Source: Octopus sinensis (taxonomy: Eukaryota). From it: a DNA stretch of 64,000 bases. The stretch is taken from contig NC_042998.1 of the NCBI RefSeq assembly GCF_006345805.1, forward strand, positions 49,414,001-49,478,000, written 5' to 3'. The notes below the pieces were generated by a model. That model made no database searches. It saw only the letters and a program-made list of their open reading frames with translations, and was not told the DNA's origin. A program made the position numbers and the translations under genes. Positions 48,661-60,985 of this stretch are shown one piece after another; position 1 is the stretch's first letter; the number at the start of each line of letters is the position of its first letter.

Positions 48661-51600
48661 CGATCTGAAATATATTTGCTAAAAATGCCTATTTCAGTTT
48701 TAGCTGGGTTAATTAGTCTACATTTAGGGCTTCTATTGAAATTAGCTTTTTCTTAGCAAATATATTTTAGATCGTACTTTAAGCAAGTTGAATAGTGAAT
48801 TAAATTTATGGATTTGGGAAAATAGCAAGTCAGTGATAGATTGGTTCAAAGGGATTAGCCATAAGAATAACTGCAAATTAACGCAGTTTGATATTGTCGA
48901 TTTTTACCCGTCAGTATCTAGGCCTTTGCTTCTAAAAGCATTAGACTTCGCCAAGCAGTATGTCACATCGATAGCTCGGAAATAGATATTATCCTGCATG
49001 CAAGGAAATCCCTTCTTTTTTACGAGGATTCCACCTCGGCCAAAAAGAGTGAGGATTCTCTTTCGATGTACCGATGGGAGCATATGATGGGACAGAGTTG
49101 TGCATGCTTATAGGAACTCATATTTTGCATTACCTGCATCTAGAATTTCCTTTTATACAAGGATTGTATGATCTTATAGTCACCCATAATTTAAACGACC
49201 ATGAGTTAGATAAACTTAGGAAGAATCTGTTTACCTTTTTCCAAAGAATGGGCTTACGGATTACGATAGAAAGTAACCTTAATAACGTAGATTTTATTAG
49301 ATATCAACTTGTACTTGCAATTAGATAAATTTAAACCCTACCGTAAGCCCAATGAGATGCTATGTTTTATCATAAAAGAATCTAATAATCCACCCGTAAT
49401 TCTTAAGAACCTAGTTAGTAATGTAGGAAGGCGAATATCATCAATTTCTTCAGATGAGACAGCATTTCAAAATGCTGCGCCGTATTACAATAATGCATTA
49501 AGAAAAAGTGGATGCTCGCAGAAGATCCAGTATAATCAAGCTAATTCTAACAATAATAAACCACGTAGAACTAGAACTAAAAAAAGCTTTGTGGTTTAAT
49601 CCTGTATTTAATATTGCCATAAAAATTAATGTAAGTAGGGAATTCTTAAAATTAGTTTCTAAATACGGGGGCGTTCAATAAGTATGCCTCTGACCCACTT
49701 GTCTTTGTTTGATCTAGCTGAAATTTTGCATGTGCAATTATTGATATCTATATAGATTAAGTGGCAAATTACAGCTCCGAACTAATTGTGGTTTCTGATT
49801 TACATGTGTTTGAAATGAGTCAAGTGGGAAATGGAGCATGTTGAGTGTTGAGCAGTGTGATCGGTTTTGTATTTGAATGACGCACACCACAGGAGACTTT
49901 TAATGAAATGAAAGTATGCCCCATCATATGACCTTGTAAAACGGCTGGCATCGTGAATTCAAACATGGTCGGAACTCTGTGGAAACAGCTCGCAGATCTG
50001 GTCGCACCCCTTCTGCCATGATGAGGCATCTGTCCGTCAAGTTGAGGCTGCCATTTGGAAGATCGACGCATAACTATTCGCCAAAAAGCCCATGAGGTCA
50101 AGATAGTACCGGGTCTGTGGAAACTATCATTCATGACCATTTGCATATGCAAACGGTGTCTGCCAGATGGATTCCCAGGTTGCTCACACTTTTCCAGAAG
50201 CAAGACGCAAGAATTCCAGAAGCAAGAATTTAGGGATGTGCCAAGAAGATGAGTCAAAATTTTTCAAAAGACTGGTTACACAGGATGAGACCTGGGTCCA
50301 TCACTATGATCCAGAGACCAAAGCCCAGTCAATGCAGTGGAAGCACCATGACTCACCTCCTCCAAAGAAGGCAAGGGTGCAGCCCTCCGCTGGGAAGGTC
50401 ATGCTTACAGTCTTCTGGGACCAGGACGGAGTAGTGATGACAAATTTCCTGGCAAAGGGTACCACAATTACAGGAGCCTATCATGTTTCACTTTTGAGGA
50501 AATTAAGAGAAGCTATCGAAACCAAGAGGCGGGGCAAGATCAGCAAAGGCATCCTCCTCCTGCAGGACACGCTCTCGGTCCACAACTCGCGTGTCGCCAG
50601 ATCGAAGCACAGGCGTGCGGCTATGAACTCTTCCCCTCCCCTACTCTACTGACCTCCTCCCTTGCACCCTCTGATTTCACCCTCTTCCCAGCCATGAAGT
50701 TGTTTTGAAAGGAAAGCGTTTTCCCAGATGATGAAGCCTTGATTTCTGAAGTCACGTCGTGGTTGGAGGACCAAGCTGGGGTCTTCTACGAAAACGGTCT
50801 CCAGAACTGCATCAAACGATGGGAGAAATGCGTACCTCTGGTTGTGTCATATGTAGAAAAAGACTAATACCTGTGCCAAGTTTCGTGATCTACTGCTATG
50901 GGAAGGGGTCAGGGGCATTACTTATTGAACCCGCCCCTCGTACTTTCAATGTATCCGTAAGTTCTATAGAATATTTAATAGCAGACCATTGAAGGTTAGC
51001 TATTCTTGTTGCGAAAACTTCGCAACTTTTATTAGTCAGCATAACTCGAAAATTATTACAAACAACCACAATGCCGAATCTAATCTGAGGAACTGCAACT
51101 TCAAAGATAAAACTTACTGTCCGTTGGAAGGTAAATGTCTTGAAAAGGGAATTTTTTATGGAGCCAAAGTACAAGTAAATGGCTCACAAGAATATAAAAC
51201 ATACACAGGGGCTTCGGAAAATTCATTCAAGACTCGATTCTATTCCCACCGAATTTCTCTCCGATACCCCGAGAATAGGACAGGAATAGACTTGCAAAGT
51301 ATGTCTGAGAATTGAAAGAGAATTACATCCGTCCTTTCAGTGTGACCTGGGAAATTCTAGAAAAAGCATCATCATACAGATATGAAGCTTATAAAAGACT
51401 AATGAAATGTAATCTTTGCTCCTCAGAAAAGTTCTTCATCCTGTTCCAAGATAAACATGCTCTTAACCAGAGACGCGAGCTCTTAAATTCCTGCAGGCAC
51501 GCCGTGAGGTTTAAAATGTCAACCGATAAAATACCGTATGGGTAAACTGTTTTGACTTTTGGAAAATGTTGACTGTCGCATTTGAATTTGACTTTACACC

Positions 51601-51860
51601 TTATAGTTATTTTATATTACAATGCTAGTGCATATTTCCCACTTCACTTTTAAGAAAGCCTTTGACTGTTTTACAAATTTAAGCTTAAGCTTTATAAAGG
51701 TTTATTTTTATTGTTTACTCACGCATTTAATTATGTTATATTAATTTATTGTGCAATTTCCTTATTCTAACATCTTAATATATATACCAGACATTTAAAA
51801 AAAATGTTAGTTACATACGTTATGATGTATATATTTATATTGATGTGAAGATATGTCTTT
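48661..51860 (+). mobile_element. Penelope-like element (RT + GIY-YIG), degenerate, 5'-inverted, interrupted by mariner
   Basis: SVIDWF...FDIVDFYPS, MGAYDGTELC, PYRKPN, IFNSRPLKVSYSC, CPLEGKCL..YTGASENSFKTRF...LLNSCRH. Confidence 0.9.
49666..50940 (+). mobile_element. Mariner DNA transposon (1275 bp) with TA TSD, defective transposase
   Basis: Imperfect ~30-bp TIRs (cgggggcgttcaataagtatgcctctgaccc) with TA on both sides. Transposase relic 49831-50868 has LVTQDETWVHHYDPETK..QW, AGKVMLTVFWD and LLLQD. Confidence 0.93.
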
Positions 51861-51967
51861 ATATATATATGTGTATGTATGTATTGTAGGTATGTGTATG
51901 CATGTATACGTATGTATGTGTATATAGATGTATACATGTGCGTGTGTATATGTATATATATGTATAT

Positions 51968-54790
51968 ATGATGATTGCTTCATCTTGAGAGATGATAGCC
52001 GTCGCATTAATACACACACCACACTCCATCACACAGTACAATCACTCCGTTGATGGGCCCTTAGATGACTCTTATGACCAGCTGCTGGCTGACAGGGTTT
52101 AAAACACAAGTGACAGATATTATTCAAGTTTCTTCTATATCTTTGACCTTTGGAATCTGATTCTGAAGGAATGTTTTTGTGAACTAGCAAATGTCTTTTA
52201 AGTCCAGATATTGTCTTATAAGCTTTTTGACATATGACACAAGTCGTAAGAGGTGGTTGGTGTCCAAGATCATTACCTATCTGGGCATTACGATTTTCAT
52301 GTGACTTCATATGATTCACGTATCCTGTTTTTGACAACAGAACACGGTTACATATAATACATACCCAATGTTCACTGTTGATTACTGTTCTAATTGTTCC
52401 TTTGCGACAGGTCCTTTTAAGTTCAGAGTGCTGAATCATCTTTTTCTCTCAGGCATTACAACCAGTCCTAACGGCACCTCTCCACTTGTTCCGATCTAGA
52501 GCATCATTTTCCCAATCACTTTTGTTCATATCTAGTTTCTTCAGGTTTTCCTTCATACAGTCTTTATATCTTATCCTCCGCTTATGTTGTGGTCGCTCAC
52601 CAGAGTTGAGCTCACTTAAAAAAGACGCTTTGGCAAACGCTCGTCTTTCATTCTAATAACATGTCCAGTCCATCTCATTTGAGCCAAGATAACATGTTCA
52701 ACTGAGCTGCAATGTGCCATGCGCAAAACCTCTGTATCTGGTATGAAACATTCCCCCTTGACTCCTAAGATACATCTGAGGCACTTTTGATGAAAACTCT
52801 CCAGCATTTTTTATGTGACGCTTGTAAGTGGTCCATGTCTCACTTGAATAAAGACGTGCAGACAATACCCACGCTTTAAAGACACTGATTTTTGTCTGCA
52901 GGGAAATACTCGCTTTTCGAGCTTTCCAAATGCATCAATTCCCTTCCCTTTTCGATAGATATCTCTGCATCAAGACTACCATCTCTTGACATTGTGCTTC
53001 CTAGGTAAAAAGAGGTGTCAACGACTTCTAACCTTGTTCCATTTACAAAGATGTTTGGCTCAAAATATGTTTGTCCTGGTTCGGGAGTAAACATTATTTT
53101 GGCTTTCCCCAAACTAATTGTGAGTCCGAAATATACACATGCAGTGGAAAATCTGTCCATTAAATGTTGCATACCGACGCCTGAGTGTACCAACAAATCA
53201 GCATCACCAGCATAAAGTAATTCTCTAACAAGTATTTTGAAAGTCTTTGCTTTGCAGTTAAACCGAGTCAAATTAAAAATACGACCAGATGTCCGAAATC
53301 TGATTCCGGTTCTCCTGTTGCAATCCTTGAAAGCATACCAAAGTAATGCAGCAAAATAAATAGAGAAAAGTGTAGGGGCAGGAATATTTCCCTGTTTGAC
53401 ACCGTTGTCCACCGAAAATTCATGAGATAGCTCACCATTAAAGACTACCTGAGGTTTCATGTTTCTATATAGTTCCTTAAAAATGCTCACAAAATTTGCT
53501 GGACATCCAAGGTTACACAAAACAATCCACAGTGCCTCCCTGTTTACCGTGTCAAATGCATTAGTTAAATCAATGAAAACCTGGTATAGTGGCATTTATT
53601 CCTCTAAGCATTTCTCTTGAACCTGCCTCACAGAAAATATCATGTCCATTGTTCCTCGCTCAGGTCTGAAACCACACTGTTCTTCAGGAATCACATGTGG
53701 ACACACATTCTCAACAAGACGATCTAACATGATCCTTGAAAGTATCTTCCCGGCATGTGCCAGAAGAGTTATCCCTCTAGAATAACCATACACTGCTTTC
53801 GAGCCCTTACTCTCGTGTACAGAGATTAGAATGCCATTTATCCATTCTTGTGACACAAGATTCATTCCAAACACGAGTTATCAGGTTATGAATTTCAGAT
53901 GAAATACGATCTCCACTTGCTTTCAGAATTTCAACTGGAATACCATCCAATCCAGGAGCTTTACCTGATCTCAGTTTACATAATGCCAGATTTACTTCTT
54001 CAGTGGAAGGTGAATCGTTCATGTGTTGTACTATCTCTTTTTGCGGAATGCTGTTTATGATATTCATGTTCACAACTGACGGATTGTGAAAAAGATCTGC
54101 AAAGTGTTCTCTCCATCTATTCATTATTCCAGGAGGATCTTTAATTGCCCCATTTCCATCTTTCAACTTCAAGGGAACATATGATGATGGAGATTGCAGT
54201 CCAAAAGCTTGCCGCAATAAACTATAGAAACTTTTAATGTCTTTCCTGTCATAAGCTGCCTATACTTTCTCAGACAAATTTCTCCACCAAATGTATTTAA
54301 GCCTCCTGAGTTCTTTTTGCAAGTCTGCTTTCTGAGACTTGTATAACTTTTTTAGTTGCACTTTGTTCTTAGCGTTTGGGTCAAGAAGCTTTTCATGACT
54401 GAACCTTTTTGTTGCTAAAAGCTCATTTATCACTGCATCATTGGAATCAAAAAGTGCAGTCACTTAAGGGACTGTCATTACCATGACCTGGTTTTATGTC
54501 AGAGTGTCCCTCCCCAAGAAGAGTTGCCTTCACACACACACGTACTACGCATAATGCTGGATGGCCGTTCGTACCCGCTTTCTTTAACCTATATAGTGAA
54601 TAAAGAGAAAGACTACACACGAGTTCTTCCGCTCTTTGACAGGTCTTATCTTTCGTCCTGCAGGGTGTCCAAAAATCACCCTCCTCACCAAATAAGCTTG
54701 GTGGGGTTGCCAGTTTAGTCGCCGACGACCCGACTATGTGACAGGCTGTACTGGGTTAAATGTTACCAGTAGCGCTCAAGAGCGACCTGA
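51968..54790 (-). mobile_element. RTE-clade LINE with 5' UTR, no endonuclease, RT and triple C2H2 tail
   Basis: KAPGLDGIP, EQCGFRPERGTMDMIF, FIDLTNAFDTVNR, GVKQG..PAPTLF, ELLYAGD, RWTGHVIRM. 3' end ...gatgaagcaatcatcat. RTE-style 5' UTR at 54480-54790. Confidence 0.9.
52029..52439 (-). CDS. C-terminal extension of the RTE ORF with three C2H2 zinc fingers
   Basis: CIIC-x12-HMKSH, CVIC-x12-HLLVH, CHLC-x12-HLRAH. In frame with the upstream RYKD..DRNKWRG segment across one TGA. Confidence 0.8.
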   Translation of the reverse strand: MIQHSELKRTCRKGTIRTVINSEHWVCIICNRVLLSKTGYVNHMKSHENRNAQIGNDLGHQPPLTTCVICQKAYKTISGLKRHLLVHKNIPSESDSKGQRYRRNLNNICHLCFKPCQPAAGHKSHLRAHQRSDCTV

Positions 54791-54791
54791 C

Positions 54792-54837
<46 letters not shown>

Positions 54838-54859
54838 AGCATGTATATATGCTTATAAT

Positions 54860-54910
<51 letters not shown>

Positions 54911-54947
54911 CATCATCATCATCATCATCACATCATCATCATCATCG

Positions 54948-55165
54948 TTTAACGTCCGTTCTCCATGCTAGCATGGGTTGGACGGTTCGACTGGGGATCT
55001 GGGAAGCCAGAAGGCTGGCACCAGGCTCCGGTTTTATCTGGCAATGTTTCTACAGCTGGATGCCCTTCCTAACGCCAACCACTCCGTGAGTGTAGTGGGT
55101 GCTTTTTACGTGCCACCTGCACTGGTGCCAGGCGAGGCTGGCATCGGCCACGGTCGGATTGGTGC
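54948..55165 (-). mobile_element. RTE/Expander-tail SINE or LINE 3' fragment with (GAT)n tail
   Basis: ggatgcccttcctaacgccaacc motif abutting (CAT)n. Confidence 0.65.
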
Positions 55166-55206
<41 letters not shown>

Positions 55207-55212
55207 AGTATG

Positions 55213-55243
<31 letters not shown>

Positions 55244-55284
55244 GTATGTAAGCATGTATATATGTATATGTATATATATATATA

Positions 55285-55665
55285 TCTCTATATAAACGGC
55301 AGTTTGTCTGTGTGTGTTTCTGTGTGTCTGTTTGCTTGTACCCTCACTCTGACCACGGCTTTCAACCGATTCTGATGAAACTTGACACACACATAGCCCA
55401 ATGTCATAATTCAAAACTAACGCAGCGAAAATTTTGAAAAGTTCCCCCAGTTCTGAAAAAGACCGATAAATTCGACATGGGGTCGATAATCAGAAACAAC
55501 CAAACCACAGATGGTCTAGGGACGCAACTCGACCTTTTTAACTATCAAAAAAAATTTACCATAATTTTTTTCCCCATTTTTTGCTATTTTTTGGCTATAA
55601 CTCTCTAAAAATGCTTTATAGTTATTTCCCTTGCAAACCCGAGCAACGCCGGGCGATACTGCTAG
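55285..55665 (+). mobile_element. Non-autonomous Helitron-like element
   Basis: 5' TC, 3' cccgagcaacgccggg hairpin + CTAG, A|T target. Confidence 0.75.
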
Positions 55666-55698
<33 letters not shown>

Positions 55699-57437
55699 TA
55701 TATATATCTGTAAATGTAATATGTGACAATTATTCGGTAGCTATGATAAAACTCCGAGTTTCGGATGCCGAGGTGGAATTTCCACTTCGTGGTGGAAATT
55801 CCTCTATTTACATAATATCGAGGTCTCTTTCTTTCTTTTGTTGTCTTACCATTTTTATCAATATATATATATATTTGTATGCGTGCCTATATGTGTGTGT
55901 ATTTGTATGTATGTTTGTATTTATGTAGATATACACGTAATTTTATGTGTGCGTTTTTATATGTGTATGTTTCGCAAGCTGAACGAAGTATCCAACTTTC
56001 GTTACATACTTTTTGGAACGCCATCATTTCACTCTGTCTACCTCTGTCTATTTCCCGCCTTTCTCTCTCAAATTTTCAGTTTCTTTTTCTTCTTTACCCC
56101 TTTTTCTTTCTCCCTACCACTTGTTATTCTCTTATTTTTTGTTTTTGCTGTAATAGCCCTTTTATTAACAGACAATTAAATAAATAAATAAATGAAAATA
56201 AGGAACATCAACGTAAATTTTTCAGTGTCACTCGGCCGTGAAGGCGCATGTTTTAGTGGTTAGGCACTCTGTGGCATTCTGGATCTCTCTAAGAACAACA
56301 TTAATGGTATGCGTGTCTGTGGAGTGGTCAGCAACTTGCACTTTAATTTCACGAGTACGCTGCCTCGTCGACCGGATCAACTGGTAACCCCCATCCTCGT
56401 AACCGACGTGCAGTCTACCTCGCTATATGCATTTAAGCGTGCAGCTCAGGCCTAACCTTCACTCTAACCCGAATCCTAACACATAAGGCCATTTTAGAGC
56501 ATAGACTACGCATACTACAACAGACCACTATTTTTCTTTACATGAAGAATTGTAAATAACAACAATTTTCTTCTTCCTCTCCCTCTTTATTTTGTTACGT
56601 TTTCAATCTATCGCCCAACTTACAACGTAGTAATTTTTAAGATGAAATGTGCAAAATTGACAAAAGGAAAAACAGCATTAAAAAAAATGTCTCAATTTCT
56701 GATCAATAGATAATAGCATTAATTACTTTGCGTGTAGATAAATGCTATAAAAAAAGTAAAAACAACAAGTTGTTCATTTGCCAAAAATAACATTTCTATA
56801 CAAAATTTCCAGCAGACACTCCCATTCAATGTTGGGGTAATTCGGTTAAATGGTAGTAAACTAGTGTTTACTTTTTTGTCAACATTAAAAAATATAAAAA
56901 AACCTAATTGCGTAAAATGCCGTAATGTCCGCTGTGTAGCATTCACTAAACTTGGATTGTAAGCAAAATACAAAACATGTTAATTTGTTTCTTTAAGAAT
57001 TTGATATTCATGAGAACATGATTTTCATGCATGCGTTCTTTATTTTTAAAGTATAGACGTGAGCGGATTGACATGTTTTCGTAAGCGGCATGTATATCAC
57101 ATGTATGAAATGGATACGGCGGTATATATAAAATCGAAGCAGAGGTTCGTTTTTCATTTCAATACGCACACAACAAACATGGTACTCTTAAAAGTATGGC
57201 TTTACTTCATGGTGGTACAGCTTGTAAGGTAAGACAGTTATAATATTACTGTTGAATTCGACTGCTTTTTATTTATATCTATATAGTCTGTGTGTAACGA
57301 AGCAGTTACGAAGTTTCATTTGGTGAACTTTCTAATAGTAAACCAATTTTTTTATTGCTATACATCGTATTTCGCTCACCAATGAACACATGCTCTCTCT
57401 CTCTTTCACACTCACATACACCGCATTATATGTTTAG

Positions 57438-58139
57438 GCATACCTACACAAATGTGCCCCACCGTTTTGTTTCCTTATAACTTCCAGAAAATTAGATATT
57501 TTTAAATGAAATTTTCTGGAAATACTCTTTAGATAGTATATAGTCTAATTATATCGGAATTTGTTGTGAAAAAGTTTCCGACAGCGGCAAGAAGTATTTC
57601 GGAAAATTTACACGAGTAGGCTATTACCTCATTTCTTTCAGAGAAATGGGTAATTTTTAATGAAACTTTCTACAAATACCTTTCAGAGTGTGTAGATTAT
57701 GATTATATATATATATTTTTTTAATGAAAAAAAAAAAAAAGAAGAGTACTCGTACGCATGCATATTGACACGCATCGCAATATTTTTTCGAAATTTCAAG
57801 TTTAATTTTGTAGATACACATGATGTATGTCAGTATATTTGTGTGCGCGTTCACCAATTTTTTCTTGTCATATCAAATTCCAACTGAATCGTAATCTACA
57901 CATCCTGAGAGATATTTGTAGAAACTTTCATAACAAAATTACTCATTTTTCTGAAAGTTATGAGGAAACAAAGTCAACTCGTGTGAATTTTCCGAAAATC
58001 TTTACTTCACTCTTGAAAAAGAGATTTTAACAAAAAACTCCAATATGAACATAATGTACACCATCGAAGCGTATTTATAGAAGATTTCATTAAAAAATAT
58101 CTATTTTCTTGAGAGTTGGGGGCACACGTGTAGGTATGC
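57438..58139. mobile_element. ~700-bp fold-back/MITE with long imperfect TIRs
   Basis: gcatacctacac..gtgccc at left, gggcacacgtgtaggtatgc at right. Internal inverted similarity (agatatttttaaatgaaa / tttcattaaaaaatatct). Confidence 0.7.
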
Positions 58140-58226
58140 AAAAAAAAAAAAAAAAGCAAAAGACGGAGACAAGTGGTGTAGACAACAAACAGATGTATTA
58201 ATTTAACGCTCGGGAAGTGAAAAAGT

Positions 58227-58262
58227 CTTTAACGTTTCGAGCCTACGCTCTTCCACAGAAAG
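58227..58262 (-). ncRNA. Minimal hammerhead-like motif, CUGUGGA core (A6 altered)
   Basis: CUUU-CUGUGGA-A-GAGC(GUAG)GCUC-GAAA-CG-UU-AAAG. Confidence 0.4.
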
Positions 58263-58267
58263 GAACA

Positions 58268-58891
58268 CAGTGTGTTTACATCCTCGTTAACTAGTGGTTC
58301 AGCAGAAAGATACCGATAGAATAAGGACTAGGCTTACAAAGAATAAGTCCCGGGGTCGATTTCTTAGACTAAAAACCCTCGAAGGCGGTGCTCCAGCATG
58401 GCCGCAGTCTAATGTCTGAAACAAGTACAAAAATAAAAGAATAAGCGCAGGAATGGCTCTGTGTTAAGTAGATTGCTTACCAACCACATGGTTCCGGGTT
58501 CATTCCCACTGCGTGGCACCTTGGGCAGGTGTCTTCTACTATAGCCTCGGGCCGACCAAAGACTTGTGAATGGATTTGGTAGACGGAAACTGAAAGAAGC
58601 CCGTCGTATATATGTATATATATGTGTGTGTATTTGTGTGTGTGTGTGTGTGTTTATGTGTTTGTGTTTGTCCCCCCCCCCAACATCGCTTGACAACCGA
58701 TGCTAGTGTGTTTACGTCCCGTAACTTAGCTGTTCGATAGACCGATAGAATAAGTATTAGGCTTACAAAGAATAAGTCCTGGGGTCGATTTGCTTGACTT
58801 AAAGGCGGTGCAACAGCATGGCTGCAGTGAAATGACTGAAACAAGTAAAATAGTATATGAGTGTGTGTGTGTGTATGTGTGAGTGTGTGAG

Positions 58892-58944
<53 letters not shown>

Positions 58945-59150
58945 ATGTGTTTGTGTTTGTCCCCCCCCCCCCAACATCGCTTGACAACCGATGCTAGTGT
59001 GTTTACGTCCCGTAACTTAGCTGTTCGATAGACCGATAGAATAAGTATTAGGCTTACATAGAATAAGTCCTGGGGTCGATTTGCTTGACTTAAAGGCGGT
59101 GCAACAGCATGGCTGCAGTGAAATGACTGAAAGAAGTAAAATAGTATATG
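58268..59150 (+). mobile_element. OK/OR-like SINE cluster: tail, full copy, tandemly duplicated tail
   Basis: Tail 58268-58440, full copy 58445-58850, near-identical tail duplicate 58930-59150. Confidence 0.85.
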
Positions 59151-59226
59151 AGTGTGTGTGTGTGTATGTGTGAGTGTGTGAGTGTGTGTGCGTGTATGTG
59201 TGAGTGTGTGAGTGTGTGCGTGTGTG

Positions 59227-59268
<42 letters not shown>

Positions 59269-59757
59269 TGTGTGTATTCTTGTGTACGTTCTGAAGTGTT
59301 GAAATGTTTTTGTTATTAGACTGTGGCCACACTTGGGCTCCACTTCATGTGGTTCTCCACATGGCCTCTTGGATCCATTTAAGATTTTGTTGTTAAAATT
59401 GATGTACAATAAGCTGGTTATACTTCTTATACAATTCATAAAATATTTTAACAATTGTTTTAATGCAATTCCTAATAATATTTAATTATATAAAATATAA
59501 TAAGGATATTTTCAAAATATCGACTGACTTCGACGGTCCACCTGAATAAAATAGTAATCAAAAAGGGGTCCATAAGCAAAAAAAAAAAAAAAAATTGAAA
59601 GATAGCTGAGTGTCACTGGTTTTGTTGATCAAACAGACCAAGGTACTTATTTTTGAAAGCCTGCTACGTATTCTTTCGATCTGTTCTGCCGAACCGCCAA
59701 CTTACGGGGACGAAACCAAACAAACACCGATTGTCGAAAGGTGGTGGGAGACAAACA

Positions 59758-59807
<50 letters not shown>

Positions 59808-59974
59808 CGTAAGTAAATTATAAATCCGAAAGAGAAGCACACTCTAAATTATACAGCAGTAGAGCATTTAGATAAAGACAGTTATGGCCATTAGGGTATG
59901 AAGAGACGTGTGTAAAGCCAAGCTCTTTATGGACGACGCGAAACCCTGGGTAACTCTATGATACGACCATAACT

Positions 59975-60011
59975 ACACACACACACACATACATACATAC
60001 ATACATACACA

Positions 60012-60043
<32 letters not shown>

Positions 60044-60133
60044 CATATATATATATATATATGTATAAGTATGTATATATATATATATATGAATATATGT
60101 ATAAGTATGTATATATATGAATATATGTATAAG

Positions 60134-60171
<38 letters not shown>

Positions 60172-60230
60172 CACACACACATATATGCACACACACACAC
60201 ATATATATGTATGTATATATACACACACAC
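59975..60230. repeat. Compound (CATA)n/(TA)n/(CA)n microsatellite
   Basis: Direct inspection. Confidence 0.95.
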
Positions 60231-60499
60231 ACGGCGAGCTTTTTCAGTTTGCGAAAACCAAATCCTCTGAGAAGGCTTTGAACAGCTCGAGGCAATAATA
60301 GAAGTCACTTGCCGAAGCTGTCACGCAATGGGACTGAACCCAGAACCATGTAAATGGGAAACAGACTTCTTACCACGCCCCCATATATGTAAGCATAAAA
60401 ATGCATGTGCAGTTGTTCAAGATGCTTCACCGAAGGATCGACTGTATGATTCTGGAACGAGTTGTCTGCTTGGCCAGATAATTGACACTGGGTCACTTA

Positions 60500-60985
60500 C
60501 GATAAGGGTTTCAGTTGATCCGATCAACGGAATAACCTGCTTGTGAAAGCAACATGCGTGTAGCTGAGAACTCCACGGACACATGTACCTTAAACGAAGT
60601 TCTCTGGGTGATTCAGGCATGACGCAAAATGTGAAATACAGCTGAGTGGACTGGAGCAACGTGAAATAAAGTGTCATGCTCAAGGGCACAAATCGCCGCT
60701 GGGAATTGAACTGGCGATCTTACGATCTCACATTTACTTGGCCAAATACCTATTTCTTTACTACCCACAAGGGGCTAAACACAGAAAGGACAAACAAGAA
60801 CAGAGAAAAGGATTAAGTCGATTATATCGACTCCAGTGCGTAACTGGTACTTATTTAATCGACCCCGAAAGGATGAAAGGTAAAGTCGACCTAGGCGGAA
60901 TTTGAACTCAGAACGTAACGGAAGACGAAATACAGCTACGCATTTCGCCCGGTGTGCTAACGTTACTGCCAGCTCGCCGCCTTAA
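60500..60985 (-). mobile_element. Two adjacent tRNA-SINEs (second-family variant 60500-60725; gtcgactttgcc family 60745-60985)
   Basis: Match the families described above. Confidence 0.8.

Noticed and set aside
54690-54790. HDV-like ribozyme in the RTE 5' UTR
   Set aside because: A CUAA-ACUGG/CCAGU P2-like pairing exists, but I could not find P1 or P3 partners. It would need an RNArobo/Infernal search.
56450-56485. Telomere-like CCTAAC repeats
   Set aside because: Only three degenerate units, which is too short to call.
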